From Gaiellaceae bacterium (lineage in GTDB: Bacteria > Actinomycetota > Thermoleophilia > Gaiellales > Gaiellaceae), in assembly GCA_035574655.1 (NCBI GenBank), contig DATLYP010000069.1, positions 1 to 58,160 of the forward strand: a stretch of DNA of 58,160 nt, written 5' to 3'. The position numbers were made by a program, and so were the translations under genes. This document shows positions 57,784 to 58,160 of the stretch, in pieces (the stretch's first letter is position 1; every line of letters starts with the position of its first letter). The notes below the pieces were generated by a model. That model searched no databases, was not told where the DNA came from, and saw only the letters and a program-made list of their open reading frames with translations.

Positions 57784-58160
57784 TCGCGTACAAGTTCCTG
57801 CGGGAGGGTGCGGTCGGCCCGTTCAGCGGGGTGCGGTGGCCGGCGCCGGCGGGCGGGCGTCCCGGCGCCTGGCTGGAGGCCGAGGGCGCCCTGGAGACGT
57901 GCGTCGCCGGCGTCCACGCCTGCCCGCCCGGGGCGCTCGCCTACTGGTTCGACGAAGAGCTCTGGCGGGTGGAGCTCGCGGGGGAGGTCCTCGACGAGGG
58001 GACGGTCCTCGTCGCCCGGCGCGGGCGGCTGCTCGAGCGCGTGGCCGGCTGGCCGGCGGTGGCGCGAGACTTCGCGGAAGACTGCCGCGAGCGCGCGCTG
58101 GGGCGGGCCGCGGCGGGCCAGCTGGCCGACCCGCGGGTCGGCGAGCTGCTCGGCCTGGTC
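57780..58160 (+). CDS. Hypothetical protein, 5' part only (runs off the right edge)
   Basis: The GTG overlaps the anti-sigma stop. VIAYKFLREGAVGPFSGVRWPAP...WLEAEGALETCVAGVHACPPGALAYWFDEELWRVELAGEV is protein-like. No family was assigned. Confidence 0.4.
   Translation, partial: MIAYKFLREGAVGPFSGVRWPAPAGGRPGAWLEAEGALETCVAGVHACPPGALAYWFDEELWRVELAGEVLDEGTVLVARRGRLLERVAGWPAVARDFAEDCRERALGRAAAGQLADPRVGELLGLV

Noticed and set aside
1-58160. Search for tRNA/rRNA genes, integrases, transposases and terminal inverted or direct repeats bounding the island
   Set aside because: Nothing convincing was found by eye. Absence cannot be proven without tRNAscan, Infernal and ISfinder-type searches.

Overview
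High-GC, actinobacterium-like chromosomal window; sample 60-nt lines are 43/60 G+C at 14401 and 32/60 at 5101. No rRNA, tRNA, CRISPR array, integrase or transposase was recognised. It has three parts. (1) About 1.3-26.7 kb is an accessory, defence-type island, almost all on the + strand. It holds VapBC, a sigma/HTH/ImmA module, and a helicase::methyltransferase deletion scar in a visibly lower-GC patch. It also holds a HEPN gene coupled to a GmrSD (DUF262/DUF1524)-AlbA_2 fusion. The best candidate for an undescribed system is a tightly coupled four-gene operon at 9467-18219: a Zn-ribbon/Vsr-like/RecQ helicase, a coiled-coil protein, an EVE/PUA-like protein, and a Cas4-like Fe-S nuclease/RNaseH-like/SF1 helicase. 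Downstream lie a 5' remnant of a second EVE-like gene, a CBS-pair + HEPN split pair, a NYN RNase and a second nuclease-helicase paralogue. (2) 26.9-35.8 kb holds carD, REP-like palindromic repeat arrays bracketing a Usp + P-type ATPase cassette, and zur-znuACB with a Zur box. (3) 36-57.8 kb is a lignin-aromatic catabolic supercluster. It contains two LigM-type O-demethylases, a MetF-MTHFR_C fusion, a Liv-type ABC importer and two GntR regulators. It also contains a GalB/GalC-containing extradiol module and pobA-pcaIJHGBDC, which is translationally coupled to an ECF sigma/anti-sigma pair. All domain calls rest on motif recognition by eye. Many long Arg/Pro/Ala-rich ORFs in the track are high-GC artefacts.
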